Source: Felis catus (lineage: Eukaryota). Taken from it: a stretch of DNA of 64,000 bases. The notes beneath the pieces are model-generated. The model saw nothing but the letters and a program-made list of their open reading frames with translations, made no database searches and had not been told where the DNA came from. Where the stretch lies: contig NC_058368.1 of NCBI RefSeq assembly GCF_018350175.1, positions 191,334,001 through 191,398,000 on the forward strand, in the 5' to 3' direction. Below are positions 50,991-63,415 of this stretch, in pieces. A program made the translations under genes and the position numbers. Positions within the stretch are counted from its first letter, which is position 1. Every line of letters begins with the position of its first letter.

Positions 50991-51069
50991 ATCAGGTTCA
51001 TACAAAAGCGTTCACTGAGATAAGAAATCCCTGCAATTCCATTGAAGGTGCCTCTCATTGAAACTTCTG

Positions 51070-51272
51070 TGGGTGCCTGGGTGACTCAGTTGGTTAACTG
51101 ACCAACTCTCAATTTTGGTTCAGATCATGATCTCACAGTTCGTGAGTTCAAGGCCCACATCAGGCTCCACACTGTCATAGTGTGGACACTATGACAGTGT
51201 GGAGCCTGCTTGGGACTCTTTCTCTCTCTCCTAAAATAAATAAACCGAAAAAAGAATTTTTTTAATAAAAAT
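51070..51272 (+). mobile_element. Can-SINE carrying an internal perfect inverted repeat
   Basis: TSD GAAACTTCT; hairpin at 51161-51208. Confidence 0.93.
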
Positions 51273-51479
51273 AGAAACTTCTCAGCAGGTACATATGGCA
51301 CTAGGAAGCAGAGATGACCCATTGGGGACAGAAAGCCGGCATAATCCTGGCCTCATGAAACATATCACCTTCTCACGTCAAACTGAAGACCAATACTTCA
51401 AGTATGGAAGTAAATGTATTCACACTGGTTAAAACCAGACAAAAATCTATAAAGCCTGTAATAATTTAACATTAGATTA

Positions 51480-51648
51480 GGGGAGCTTGGTGGCTCAGTC
51501 GGTTAAGTATTTGACTTTGGCTCAGGTCACGATCTTGCGGTTTGTGAGTTTGAGCCTCACATCAGGCTCTGTGATGACAGCTGGGAGCCTGAAGCCTGCT
51601 TCAGATTCTGTGTCTCCCTCTCTCTCTGCCCCTCCCCACTTGCACATG

Positions 51649-51694
<46 letters not shown>

Positions 51695-51728
51695 AATAAA
51701 TGAAAATTTAATAAAATACAGTAAAATA
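51480..51728 (+). mobile_element. Can-SINE (feline type) with expanded (CT)n
   Basis: TSD ATTAGATTAG. Confidence 0.93.
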
Positions 51729-52635
51729 AAATTAGATTAGATTAGAACTGGAATTACTGTGAGGATCAAAATTAGAAGAAAAAAAAAGATTTGCCATACA
51801 CTTTATGCCCTTTGGACTGTTTGAAATTACTATAATGGGGAAATATTATTTTTAACATTTAAAAATTCAATAAAGATTAAAAAGTAACTAAAAATACAAA
51901 GTTCAATAGGCCCCAAACCCAATTTCAAAAGGATTCAAAATATAAAGAGAATTCATGTATATTTTAAAGATGCCCTTGAAGATTCTCGCTTTGGGTTGTT
52001 GCATAAATATGCTTAATTTAATTTGCTTGCCCTGAATGTTACTGAAAACTTTGAAAGAGAGAAAATCCAATTTTTTTCTTTGCTTGTTATTGAATGTGAG
52101 ACCCTGAAGACATTCATATTCTTTTATAAGCACTGTGTTTTTCTCTTTTCTTTAAAAGAATAAAGGCAAAACACATTTTGTTTTCTATAAATCAAGATTT
52201 GATTGATTGATACAGAATGCCATCCAAACCTTATATCCCCCTTTGAAGAAGCAAGTCAATTTCTGTATGTGTAATTCATTTAAAAAGCCATTACCACAAA
52301 GAACCTTTCCTACTGCTTCTATGTTACATAAAGAGAGTCACCTAAGGAGTGGGTATGAAACAGTAGCTACATTTCTTTCTTCTTTTCTCCAAGTTCCTTA
52401 ATAGCAAAGGTCATGACATATTATTGGGAAGAGAGAGAATTATTTACAATGGTCTTCTTTTGCCCGTATTGCAGAGATGAGATTTCATTCTATCATATTG
52501 CAGACCTGACTCCTTTTTCTGTGAGCATGCCTTTTATTATTTTTTAATTAACATGTATTTGTTCTTACTACAAAAGTAATATGAATTCAAAGTACAAAGA
52601 TTCAAAAAATATCGAAAGGTGGTAAGAAAATTAAA

Positions 52636-53196
52636 TGGACTCAGAAAGAAAAGGAAGAGTAGCCTCTGACTTTCAGAAGCTGGCCTGCCACTCACAGGTG
52701 GCCGTGTTATTCTCCTGCTGGATCTAAGCCACCTTACAGAATACCAGCCTCACACATGATTACTCTGAGACCACGACAAAATGACACAAAGCAGGCCACT
52801 TCAGAGTTTTGTGCAGGCATTGACTATCACAAGGTCACTGTACCTCCCACAAAAAATCAAGCACTCCCTCTCTCAGCCAAAAATGTATGACAGTGACTTC
52901 TTTACCCGTTACAGCTCTGTACTCACCCCAGTCTGCTCTCTCCCTAGAGGTAAGATCGATCAGGATGCCTAATCACAGAACTACCCCCGCTTTCTGGTAA
53001 TACCCAGAGTGAACCCCTTGCTGCCTTATAACCTTCCACAAGTCACTCAACTAAAGCCCAAACTCTATAATGGGTCCTTTCTAACACGCTTCTCCCAAGA
53101 CACCCCATGATTTTCCATGGCTTGTGTCCTCCCCAGCTCTAACTTGTTCAACTATTGAAATGTCCCCAAAAGTCTTTGGCTGGAAGGCACTGATGA
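52636..53196 (+). mobile_element. ERV1-class solo LTR (MER34-like)
   Basis: GCCTCTGACTTTCAGAAGCTGGCCTG near start; CTATAATGGGTCCTTTCTAACAC TATA region; end AACTTGTTCAACTA..GTCTTTGGCTGGAAGGCACTGA. Confidence 0.7.
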
Positions 53197-53428
53197 GACC
53201 TACAGTGCTGTCACCGTCACACTCTGCTAGATCTCTTCTTGCCTTGCACGGTGACAGATAATCGTGAACTAACACACACTAAATGATTAACGGCATTTCA
53301 GTCACTGTTCTCGTGCTTTACCTACATTGTCCAACAACTCTAATCTTAACCCTATGAAGTGGGTAGGATTATTTCTTTTTTAGCGGTGACAGGCAGAAAT
53401 GGAAAGATTAAGCAGTTGCATTTTAAAT

Positions 53429-53642
53429 CAAGGATTCTCAACCATGGCATATTTGGGGCTGGATATGTTTTTGTTGTGGGGAATGGTCACGTACATTACA
53501 GGAAGTTGAGCAGCACCCGTGACTTCCACCCATTAGCTGCCAGAGTCATGTCCCCCTCTCCCTCAGCTGAAATAACCAAAAGTATCTCGAGATATCTCAA
53601 AAGTGCCCTGGAGACAAAATTGCCCCCAATTGAGAACCATTG
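53429..53642 (+). mobile_element. MER20 (hAT-Charlie)
   Basis: Termini CAAGGATTCTCAAC / ATTGAGAACCATTG; 8-bp TSD (T/C)TTTAAAT. Confidence 0.88.
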
Positions 53643-54261
53643 CTTTAAATGATTGGGATGATACTGTGCATCATTTTATTTCCAGGTTTTTTTCACTTGA
53701 GGTTTTATTCTGTTTTCCCACTGTTACTATACTTTTTAAATTCTGAAATCATAAATCTTAATGGGTACAGAAATATATTTACACCACAATATATTTACAG
53801 ATTCCCTACCATGGACTATTTCATTTGTTTTCAATGTTTTTGCTGTTTAAATAATTCCCTAAGGAACAACTTTGCACACAAATTATTTTCAATCCCTCTA
53901 ACTTTTCTCCTTCGACTCAATTATTAGGAAAAGGAATTATTGGACTACAGGGGATCTTTGTTTTTCTTTTTATTACTTTCAAAAAGTGGCAGACCATTTA
54001 CATTCTTTTTATTCACCAATTTGTTCCACTAATATAATTAAACAAGATACAGGTTTCTTTTCCAACTCTCTGAACAACCTGTTTCATTTGTATCCTTTTG
54101 CTGAAATACATGTACCTCAATCTTTGCTATATTCAGACAGCATCATATTTGGAGCCAGAAATCCAGCATCCATACTTAAAAGCCACCGCAGGTAACAAAA
54201 ATATGGGATGAATGGGATGAGACTGTGAACAACAAACTTGTGAAGAATTTCCCATGCCAGA

Positions 54262-54697
54262 TGTACTGGGCTGAAGACAGTTCCCCAAAATTCATGTCTA
54301 CCCAGAACTTCAGAACGCGAACTTATGTAGAAATAGGATCTCTGTGGATGTAATTAAGTTAAGATGAGGTCGTACTGGATTGGAGGAGGGGGCATAATCC
54401 AGTGAAAAACGTCCTCATAAGAGGGAAATTTGGGCTCACAGGGAAAGTGCAAGGACAGACACACATGCAGAGAAGGCCGAACACTGCCACAAGCCAAGCT
54501 ACACCAAGGATGGCCAGCAACGACCAGCAGTTAGGAAGTGGGAAGGGAGGGTCCTGCCCTCGAGTCTGCAGAAGGAACATGGCCCTACTGACAGCTTTCA
54601 GACTTCTGGCCTCCAGAACTGTGAGCACATCAGTCTGTGCTGCTGTAAGCCCCTCAGTTTGCGGTACTTTGTTGCAGCAGCTTGAGGAAGCTAATAC
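54262..54697 (+). mobile_element. MaLR solo LTR (MLT1B-like)
   Basis: CCCCAAAATTCATGTC, GATGTAATTAAGTTAAGATGAGGTCGTACTGGATT, GACTTCTGGCCTCCAGAACTGTGAG, GGAAGCTAATAC. Confidence 0.88.
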
Positions 54698-55887
54698 CCC
54701 AGGATCAGGACGTGGCCTTTACTCTGTCCCTGAAAAGCCACCAAGGGAAATTCAACAGGAAGCTGTCGGTATCAGAAGAATGGTTATATGTGTGCATGTA
54801 TGTGTATGTGTGTGTTTATTACTGTCACCATCATTGTATAAAGGCAAGAGTATTTTAATACCAATGTAGGTTGGCAATAATTTCAGATGATTATCAAAAT
54901 GTAAATAGGATGTGTATAATTTCTTACTGTCCTCATTTTGCCAAAGACTGGTAAAAATCCAATCAGGGATTAGCACAATTCCACCCTGGGTTCATTAAAC
55001 CCTTGCCAATTCTAATCTATTCACAAGTGCAACAACCTTCACAGTCTCCCCTATGGAGCGTCATGACCATGCACACAGGAAGGGACACAGGAAACACCAG
55101 CATTCTGCAAACGTTCTCTAGAAATCAAATGTACTCTCTTGCATTTTCTTAATATTTTCATGCGTACAAGCAATTTAGGTTTAGTAGAGAGTAAATCATA
55201 AAAATCTGAACCTGAAATAAATTCTGGAGATGCCAATTCAATCTGTTCCTATAACCTAAAGAGATGCCGAGGCTCATGGAGCAGGAAGACTTACACGTGA
55301 CTACTCAACCAGTATAGCAAAGCTAGTACTGATTGAAACCATATCCGTTAACTTCCAACTTACAGTTCTTTCCTCTGCTATTCTTTGCCTTGGTTGGTTT
55401 TCTCCTGGCTTCCATTTTTGTGTTTTACCTCCCCAACTCAAGGCTAAGCTCTTAGAGGTCCAAGGCCATCCTTCCACAGTTCTCCTTCTGACTAAGCAAT
55501 CAGTGCCCGTCTGTTCAACACATGTGCAAGAGAAGAAACAGGCAGCGGCTTATTTTCATCTGTGATGGGTAGTTCTCCTGCTACAGGTAGGAAGCATCGT
55601 CCATCCTTAAGGTGATTTCTTTAACTGAATCAGACCCCTCTCCCCCACCTCCACCTCCACGGGATCCTTTGTTGACAGCCTCTTTCTTGTTTTATCTTCC
55701 CTTGTGCTTTCAGTGATTAGTATTTCCTCCCATGTTTGCTGTGGCTAGATACGTTTGGGTTGGATTAAAATCGTAAAGTTGTTCTGGACTTTTTAAAACT
55801 ATAATGTTGCCTTTCTACAGCAAAAGGAAGACAAAAACAAAAAGGCAAAGGTAAGGGATGGAATGAGCGAGGGAGTAGAATGGAGGT

Positions 55888-55922
55888 GTTTTTGTTTTTG
55901 TTTTTGTTTTTGTTTTTGTTTT
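55888..55922. repeat. (TTTTTG)n simple repeat
   Basis: Tandem T-rich units. Confidence 0.85.
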
Positions 55923-57185
55923 CTCTCACCAGATAGCACTTTCTTAATCATCTACTTCGTACTGCTCTTTCCCTGCAGTACAACATATTTCAGAAAACAC
56001 CCCAGGCAAGAGCACTAAAGACCTCGGTTTAAGTTGGAATATGGTTCTTAATTTTTCTAAGACTCAGTCTGTCTATTCACAGTGTGGGAATTTCAAATTG
56101 AGCCTATTTACCTAACAGGGTGTTTGTAAGGATGAAATATATGTGTTTATAAACTATAAGGTGTTATATGAAGAAAAACAAAACCAAACCAAAACAACAA
56201 CCCTAAAGTAAAAGGCACAAAACAAATACTAAGCGTTCCTGGTAAAGAAATATTGCTTGCATTAGCCAAATCTGTTTGTCCAATTTCCTTGATTCCCTTT
56301 CTTGCTTCTCTGAAACTCTAATTGAAAATGCAATGACATTCCTCAGTTTGGAGGGCCTGTCACATTAACATATCGATCACGTGATGGTTTTTCCAAGGGC
56401 CTTGTGTGGAAATGGCCATTCACAAGAAGCCTACTATATAAAGAGCACAAAATAGACAATTATCAAATGTCCATATTTTCCATATCGTAGTTCTCTTCGC
56501 TAAAGTAAGAAATGAATACTCATGGCTTAGGGTAACAACTTTTGATTTTAACCATTAGTACCATACAAAAGATCGGAGTTCCACTAATTTATTGTCAAAG
56601 CACAGAAAGTTTTTCCAGAGATATGTCCCTAAAGTGTTCTGATAATGCAGCCATTAGACATTATCACGTGTAAAGTAAATTTGTGACATACTCCTAATTC
56701 ATGTATGTGTACTTTCTGGTAAATCTATACGTTCCATTATATTTATATATCATATATTTAAAAAAACACACACAAAGTTAAATGGATGAAAGTAAAAATA
56801 TAAATATAAAACTTTAATGTTTTCCTCCAGCATCTGAATAGTCTTGCTGACTTTCAATCCAGTGTGAAAACCCCACTTTGGAGACTATAATTCTATCAGA
56901 TTAAGGAGATAAACTGTCAATAGTGATGAGAATTATCTGTTTGTGCCCTGTCCTGTCCCAAATAATAACTATGTCTCATGCTATATGGTTATGTTAATAG
57001 GGCTCATCTAGAAATCGATCTATTCGCCATTGTACGCGTTTGTTCATTACCCACTGGAGCACTTGGGGCATTGTCTGATGTCCAAATTTTTCAGTAGGCA
57101 TTGATTGGGCTGGAGCCGCTGGTGATTTATTGGTCTTCCCAGATGGAACAGTCAACCTCACATGCCCTCTTCCTCTACAACTTAC

Positions 57186-57257
57186 TTTTCTTTGGGGGCT
57201 GGCAATATTGCAGTTTTACTGAAAGTACTGGCAAGCTTTTGCACTGAAATATCCACT
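57186..57257 (-). other. Candidate 72-nt internal exon
   Basis: Acceptor ATTTATTTCCTCTCTCCTGCTAG|, donor AAA|GTAAGT; length divisible by 3; two frames open. Confidence 0.35.
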
Positions 57258-57834
57258 CTAGCAGGAGAGAGGAAATAAATGTCCTCACAGTCTGGAACTG
57301 TAACCTCAAAGGCAGTGGTGCAAAATACCAACCCACCTCTATACCTTCTCTGAAGCCATTCATTAGAAAATACTCACCAAATGCAATTTTGTAAATTGCA
57401 CAATTTCTTCGAGGGTTCTTTTTTACTTGAATTGTCTATTCTTTTCTTTATTGAGCCATTTTTAAAAATTTTAATGCGAAAATAATGTTTTAAAATCAGG
57501 AACACCACATAAATGGATGCCTTCCAGGAGATGGTCCATGTTTACCCTGCTGCTGTGGGTATTCCTATTATATTCAGGATTATGCTGGCCTAGTTACAAC
57601 AACTGAAAAGTAAAGGCTGGGGGATGGGATCCACCAAGTCCCCACCATGTTGCCCACTGTCCACCTATGAGACTTTGGCAAGTCACTTAACTTCTCTGAA
57701 CCTCATCTAATGATATCAATTCCTATGATGAAAACCGGGGACAATTCACATGTGCCAACACCCTGCCTTCTAAATCACACTTGAAAGATCTCATCCTGTA
57801 AATCCAGAGCATGAGAACTCAAAGAAGGCCTGGA

Positions 57835-58320
57835 AAAGGAGAGTGGAAGGTCCAGGCTTCCAGGTATGGAATAAGTAAATCACAAGGACGAAAGGGCCAG
57901 CATAGGGAATATAGTGAAATATACCATAAGAGGTTGTATGATAACAGATGATAGCAGCTATATTTATCACGAGCGAAGCATAACTTGGAGAGTTGTCGAC
58001 TCACTCTGTTGTACACCTGAAACTAATATTGTGTGTCGACAATACCTCAATGTTTTTGTTTTTTTTTTTTTTATAACATTTTTTGGGCCCATTTAACGTT
58101 TATTTATTTTTGGGACAGAGAGAGACAGAGCATGAATGGGGGAGGGGCAGAGAGAGAGGGAGACACAGAATCGGAAACAGGCTCCAGGCTCCGAGCCATC
58201 AGCTCAGAGCCTGACGCGGGGCTCGAACTCACGGACCGCGAGATCGTGACCTGGCTGAAGTCGGACACTTAACCGACTGCACCACCCAAGCGCCCCTCAA
58301 TGTTTTTTTTTTAAAGATTT
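57835..58320 (+). mobile_element. 5'-truncated carnivore L1 3' UTR with a SINE in its tail
   Basis: CAGGCTTCCAGGTATGGAATAAGT..CAGCATAGGGAATATAGT..TCACTCTGTTGTACACCTGAAACTAAT. Confidence 0.8.
58058..58296 (-). mobile_element. Young feline SINEC_Fc
   Basis: CpG-rich reverse-complement SINE; TSD TCAATGTTTTT. Confidence 0.96.
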
Positions 58321-58889
58321 CAAAAAAGGGAGGCCTATAGATCATCAAACAACATTCTGAAGATAACAAAACAGAGCGTCAGAAAGGATGATTTACCAAA
58401 CTCAGAGAGCTAGTATTTTTAAACACCAGAAATGATTCTTACTTGAGGAGAAAAACTGCTTCACAAAAGAAAAGAATTTTCTCTGAGAGTCCTAGATATA
58501 TCCGGAACTGAACCCTGTGTCCCAAGTACAAGCCCACCATCCTTTGCAACACATGTCTCTAGACCTCGCACACAGTAGGCGCATAAAGCATGCTTGCTAA
58601 AATGAACTGAATTATTCCAGCTGAAGGATGACTTTTGTGACTAACTACAGGTGTCATTCTTAGTACTGCTTCTTGAAGCTCAAAACATTTTCTAAGTATT
58701 TTCCAATGGCTTCAGAGAGGTTTGCGTATCTGGGGTATTTTTCAGCACTGTTTCTGATTATGGAGATGTGAATCAAGCTCCATCTGCCAATATACCCAAT
58801 GTTTACCATGCAGGTCTCAAAAGAGCTGCTCGCTACGTGAGTTCAGGTTTCTTCCTAATTTTAAGCAGCCAAAATCTTCAGAGGCCACA

Positions 58890-61070
58890 TGCTCCACTTG
58901 TGTTTTCAATCTGATACCCACCCTCTTCAGCCTCCTCATCTGGCCCGTCTCTCTTCAGATTCTCAACCTGCCACCCACTACCACTACTCCCTATGAGCAC
59001 TCTTACATGCTCAAATCTTTCCTTTCTCAAAATAAAACTAGACAGAACCTTCCATCGTGTGCACTCCCTCCACTTCACCCCATCTCCTTCCTTCAAGAGC
59101 TAAACTTCAGAAGAGGGTTGTCTGCATACACTGGGTGGCACTTTCTCGTCTTCTCTTTGCTTTTCTCTTTTTTCTCTACTACAACCTGGTTTCTGCCTCC
59201 AGAGTTCTACAAAAGCTGGTCTCCCTCAAATCACAATGACTCTCTTGGTGGCTAAATCCAGCAGACGTTTTCAAGCCCTTCCTGCAACACTGGACCCCAG
59301 AGATGTACCTTTCTTCCTGGCTTCTAGAACCAATCTCCCTTGGGTTTCCAACCTCTATAGACACTTTTTCTTCATCTTCAGGGCTCCTTTTCTTCACCTT
59401 ACCCACTAAGTTTTGGTATTGCCCAAGGTTCTGGTCTAGTCCTTCTTCTTTCTTCACGGTTATCCAGGACTCCAACCATCTTCTACACTGTAATGAATTC
59501 CAAGTTCACTTCTCCAACCCCAAGCTTTTCTTCTTACCTCCGGACTCATATGTAAACTGCCTCCCAGATAGCTTCACTTACCAGCGTGGTGGATACTCCA
59601 GTGCTCTCCCTAGATCTCTTCTTCATGACTGCCAGGGGTATCAGCTGCTGACTGTTCACAGCTGTGTCCCTCAGTCACATTTTCTCCCAGCAGGAAGCCC
59701 ACAGTAAATGACCAGTCAGTGGGGATAAAAAGACCAGACCCTCGGGGCGCCTTGGTGGCTCTGTTGGTTGGGTGGCCGACTTCAGCTCAGGTCATGATGT
59801 CATGGTTCATGGGTTTGAGCATCGGGCTCTGTGCTGACAGCTCAGAGCCTGGAGCCTACTTCGGAATCTGTGGCTCCCCCCCCCCGCCCCAGCTCTCTGT
59901 CCCCTTCCCAGCTCATGCTCTGTCTCTGTCTCTCAAAAAAATAAACATTAAAAAAAAAAAAAAGACCAGACCCTCTTGCTACAATTTCCAGGACTATAAA
60001 ATGCCCTCCAGAGCTCAGGGCATAGCTGGCTGACATCTCAGTTGCAACCCCATTTCTCACCTTGTCTCTTGGCTCATTCCTCCATTTATTACTCCCCTAT
60101 AGGGGTATCTCCTATGAGAACTCACCAATACATCTTCAGTATCGAACTCTCCAGGTTAGGGAACCACAGTCTACATCAAAAGAAAACTCATCACACTCCT
60201 CTATGGATTTATAAAAACTTTTTTTTACTTATTTAAAACTTTATTCTTTAATTATCAACTCTATAAAAAATGAACACATTAGGACTCAGAGGCAAAGGCA
60301 GAAATCCCAAAAGAGCTGGATTTTCCTTAACTTGTCAGACTTGAGGAGAGTTTAAACCAAGCCAGACCAACTCAAACTATGGCCACACCCTATGCTATCC
60401 ATATTCTGGCTCCAGTTTTGTTGGTTACAAACAGGCTGCACTCTTCTCAAGGACCTAGTCCAAGAGTAGTCATGGTTTCTTTCTCCTCCTTTCCCTCCTC
60501 CTCCAATATTCACCATCTCAGTAAATGGCACCGTCATCCACCCAGTTGCTTAGGACACATACTTTTCCCCTACAATATCAGCCACTCACCAAGTCGTGTC
60601 AATTCTTCTTCCCAAATATCTTCCAGGTTAATCTTTTCTCTACTTTTACTATAATTTTCCCAGTTCAGGAAGACGTCTCCTCTCACCAATCATTGCAGTG
60701 CAGCCCAACCAGTTGATTATCTCATCCTGAGGGTGTCTGTATGGAGCCAAGGCAGCCAGGACAGACTATTTATTTGCCTGTATGCAAGAATAACCTCATC
60801 CAGGATTCCAAATTACTACTGGGGTCTTACAATTTGTCATTCAATATTATCATTGCCTGTGTATGTCACATTGTGAAAAACACAGAAAACACTGCTATTG
60901 CTATAAGGTCCCAATTGGTCACCCTGCCGAGTGTCTCCCCTTTCCTGTGCTAGGTGGTTAAGTTCTTTGAAGATGGGGACTCTGTATTTCCTGTCTTTCC
61001 GCTTCCCAGTGTTTAGCCTAAGACTGACATATAGTTGACACTCACCATGTATTTGTTGAATAAATCAAAA
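58890..61070 (+). mobile_element. Fragmented L2 (about 58890-59590, 60440-60730 and 60900-61070)
   Basis: Pyrimidine-rich L2 body; ends CTGACATATAGTTGACACTCACCATGTATTTGTTGAATAAAT. Confidence 0.65.
59744..59958 (+). mobile_element. Can-SINE (feline type)
   Basis: Perfect 17-bp TSD AAAAAGACCAGACCCTC (59727-59743, 59959-59975). Confidence 0.96.
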
Positions 61071-62476
61071 AACTCATCAATCAGTCCATAAGAAGTAATG
61101 AATCAAAGGGAAAGGAAAGGAGGCAATAATGAAAACAAGAAAGGGAAAGGAAAAGAAACCAGTTTTTCATCCTTCCAAGAGTCTAGTCCCTGGTGTTGAA
61201 TTGATTGTCATGATAAATGATCTACGTTAGAAGGTAAGAGGAATGTTGGTAAAGTTCTGAAGAACAAGGTTTTAAATTATAGCTACATTTTCCCATTTTG
61301 TACCTTTTAATTTGTAATCTCCAAGAGGGCTTATAATACCAGTCTGTGCGATGAAGTAGTTTACTCAACAGAGAAAAATCAATAAATACTAATTGATGAT
61401 AATAATTATGGAGGAATAAGTAGGTGGAGGACAGGACTAGAATGGCTAAGCAAGCAAATCTTTCTCTGGAATGGAAGTTTTATACCACCTGTCCTGCCTG
61501 TTCCATTATAATTATTTTCAATACTGGAAAAACCGAGTCAACAAGTGGAAAAATAAGTGTTCATCTCCTAGCTCAATCACAAACCAGTGGTGTGACCTTG
61601 GGTTAGGCACTTAACTCCTGTGAACTTGTACTTCTTTGTCTGTAGGGATAAAGGACTGGACTTGTTGGTGCTCATGTCCACTTCTAGCTCTCAAATTCTA
61701 TTCCATTCTGTCCTATGTTATTTTTAACTTTCTCAATGTCTGTCAATCCAGTGTGTTCCGCAAACTGGAAAATGAATTCAAAATGGCTATTTTTTATTAG
61801 ACTTAGCCAAAAATAAACTTTAAAACAGAAACCAGGAAACTACTCCACGAAAACAATGCACGTCAGCAAGCTGAAAGCATTCTACGGGAACCATTTTCAG
61901 CCTTGTTCTTCTTCACCTTTTATATGTGTTTAAATAGGAAAGAGATAATGAGCAAACATACATACTTATTTACCAAGTCGACCTACGGAAGAGGAGGAGG
62001 AGGGAGAAGACAAAACATGGAAATTTAGGCAACTGCTGAGTTGCTGGAAATCGCACAGAAAAGTCTGAGAAACTGGATCAGAAATGGCAGTCCAAGGACT
62101 ACTGGCCGGCACTAAGTGGATCTCTCCAATAATTCGCCTCTCTCCCACTACCTTGCTTAAATTAGGAGAAGAAAAAATATATGATGAGGTATGAAGGCAA
62201 GTCTGGTGTTCTAGAAGTATGTGGTGCCACGATATCCTGGAAGTATTATATCACTTCACTCACTTTTAAACTCTATTGTGGTGATCTACATTAATTGGAT
62301 GTAGGAGACCCATTATTGGTCTTTTCAGGAGACCCATTACTTCTATTTTCTTTTCCTCTTGTTTAAAGGAGAGGGACATTCATATCAGAGTTTTAGTAAC
62401 ATGGGGTGATACATTCTCCATTCTTTTGAGGCAGGTAGACTCTGAAAGAAAATCACCTGATTAAAAAATCAGACCA

Positions 62477-62689
62477 GGGACACCTGGGTGGCTCAGTTGG
62501 TTGAGGGTCCGACTACGGCTCAGGTCATGATTTCACAGTTCGTGAGTTCGAGCCCCACATCTGGCTCTGTGCTGACAGCTCAGAGCCTGGAGCCTGCTTT
62601 GGATTCTGTCTCCTTCTCTCTCTGCCCCTCCCCACTTGTGCCCTGTCTCTCTGTCTCTCAAAAATAAATAAATGTAAAAAAGAAATTTA
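62477..62689 (+). mobile_element. Can-SINE (feline type)
   Basis: TSD AAAAAATCAGACCA. Confidence 0.96.
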
Positions 62690-63259
62690 AAAAAATCAGA
62701 CCATTTGTAATATTTGGCCATTTAGCAAATGTCCCAGGGCATTAGAGATCAGAAAGCACAGTATGAGTTAGAGATCAAGAGAAATGGAGACAGAACATAT
62801 AACACAAACATACGTTATTCCTAACGAATTAAATGAAACTATTAATTCCTACTTCAAGGTAATTCTCCTCTGTGACCAGATCCACTGAAATAAGCCCCAG
62901 GGCTCTTTGAAAAAGTCTTCTCGTGGTCACATTCGAACAGTCCTAACCCTTTAGAAAGATAGATCCTTCTTTGGGAATAGATGCGGATCACAGCTGACAT
63001 TTGTAGAGGTGCACATTCTTGGCCATCTTTCCACCAGTGCAGGTTCTCTGCTTTAAGAGCAGGGTGAATCCTCTCCTTTGAGACTGGCATCTTGGTCTAG
63101 GAGCCAAGTTCCTAAGGACATTGTGTTTGCTATCTAGAAAAGGTTTCTTTCCAGTTGACTAGGCTACAGGTAACGTTTCCCCTGAAAACTCATTCTTTAA
63201 TTCTCAAAACACGATTCTCAATTTTGCTTAGTAACACTATTCTATGTTCTAGTAATGCC

Positions 63260-63415
63260 TACTGAGAATAGCTAGCATTAAATTGCTTACTTCCTATGGG
63301 CCAGACCCCATTTTAGGTGTTTTACATGCAAACTTTCCTTTCACTCTTTACAACAGTCCTATGAAGTCGGTATATACTACAGTCAACCTCATTTAACACT
63401 GCGGCAACCTAGGCT
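63260..63415 (-). mobile_element. MIR
   Basis: CTTCCTATGGGCCAGAC..TTTTAGGTGTTTTACATG..CTTTACAACAGTCCTATGAAG. Confidence 0.65.

Noticed and set aside
54402..54869. 155-aa ORF
   Set aside because: Lies mostly in an MLT1 LTR and runs into a TG-rich repeat.
57378..57470. Minus-strand donor TTG|GTGAGT near the 57186-57257 candidate
   Set aside because: No good upstream acceptor, and its longest open frame gives TGA when joined to the next candidate.
61966..63090. ORFs 61966-62148 and 62854-63090 in unique sequence
   Set aside because: No recognisable protein similarity or consistent exon structure.
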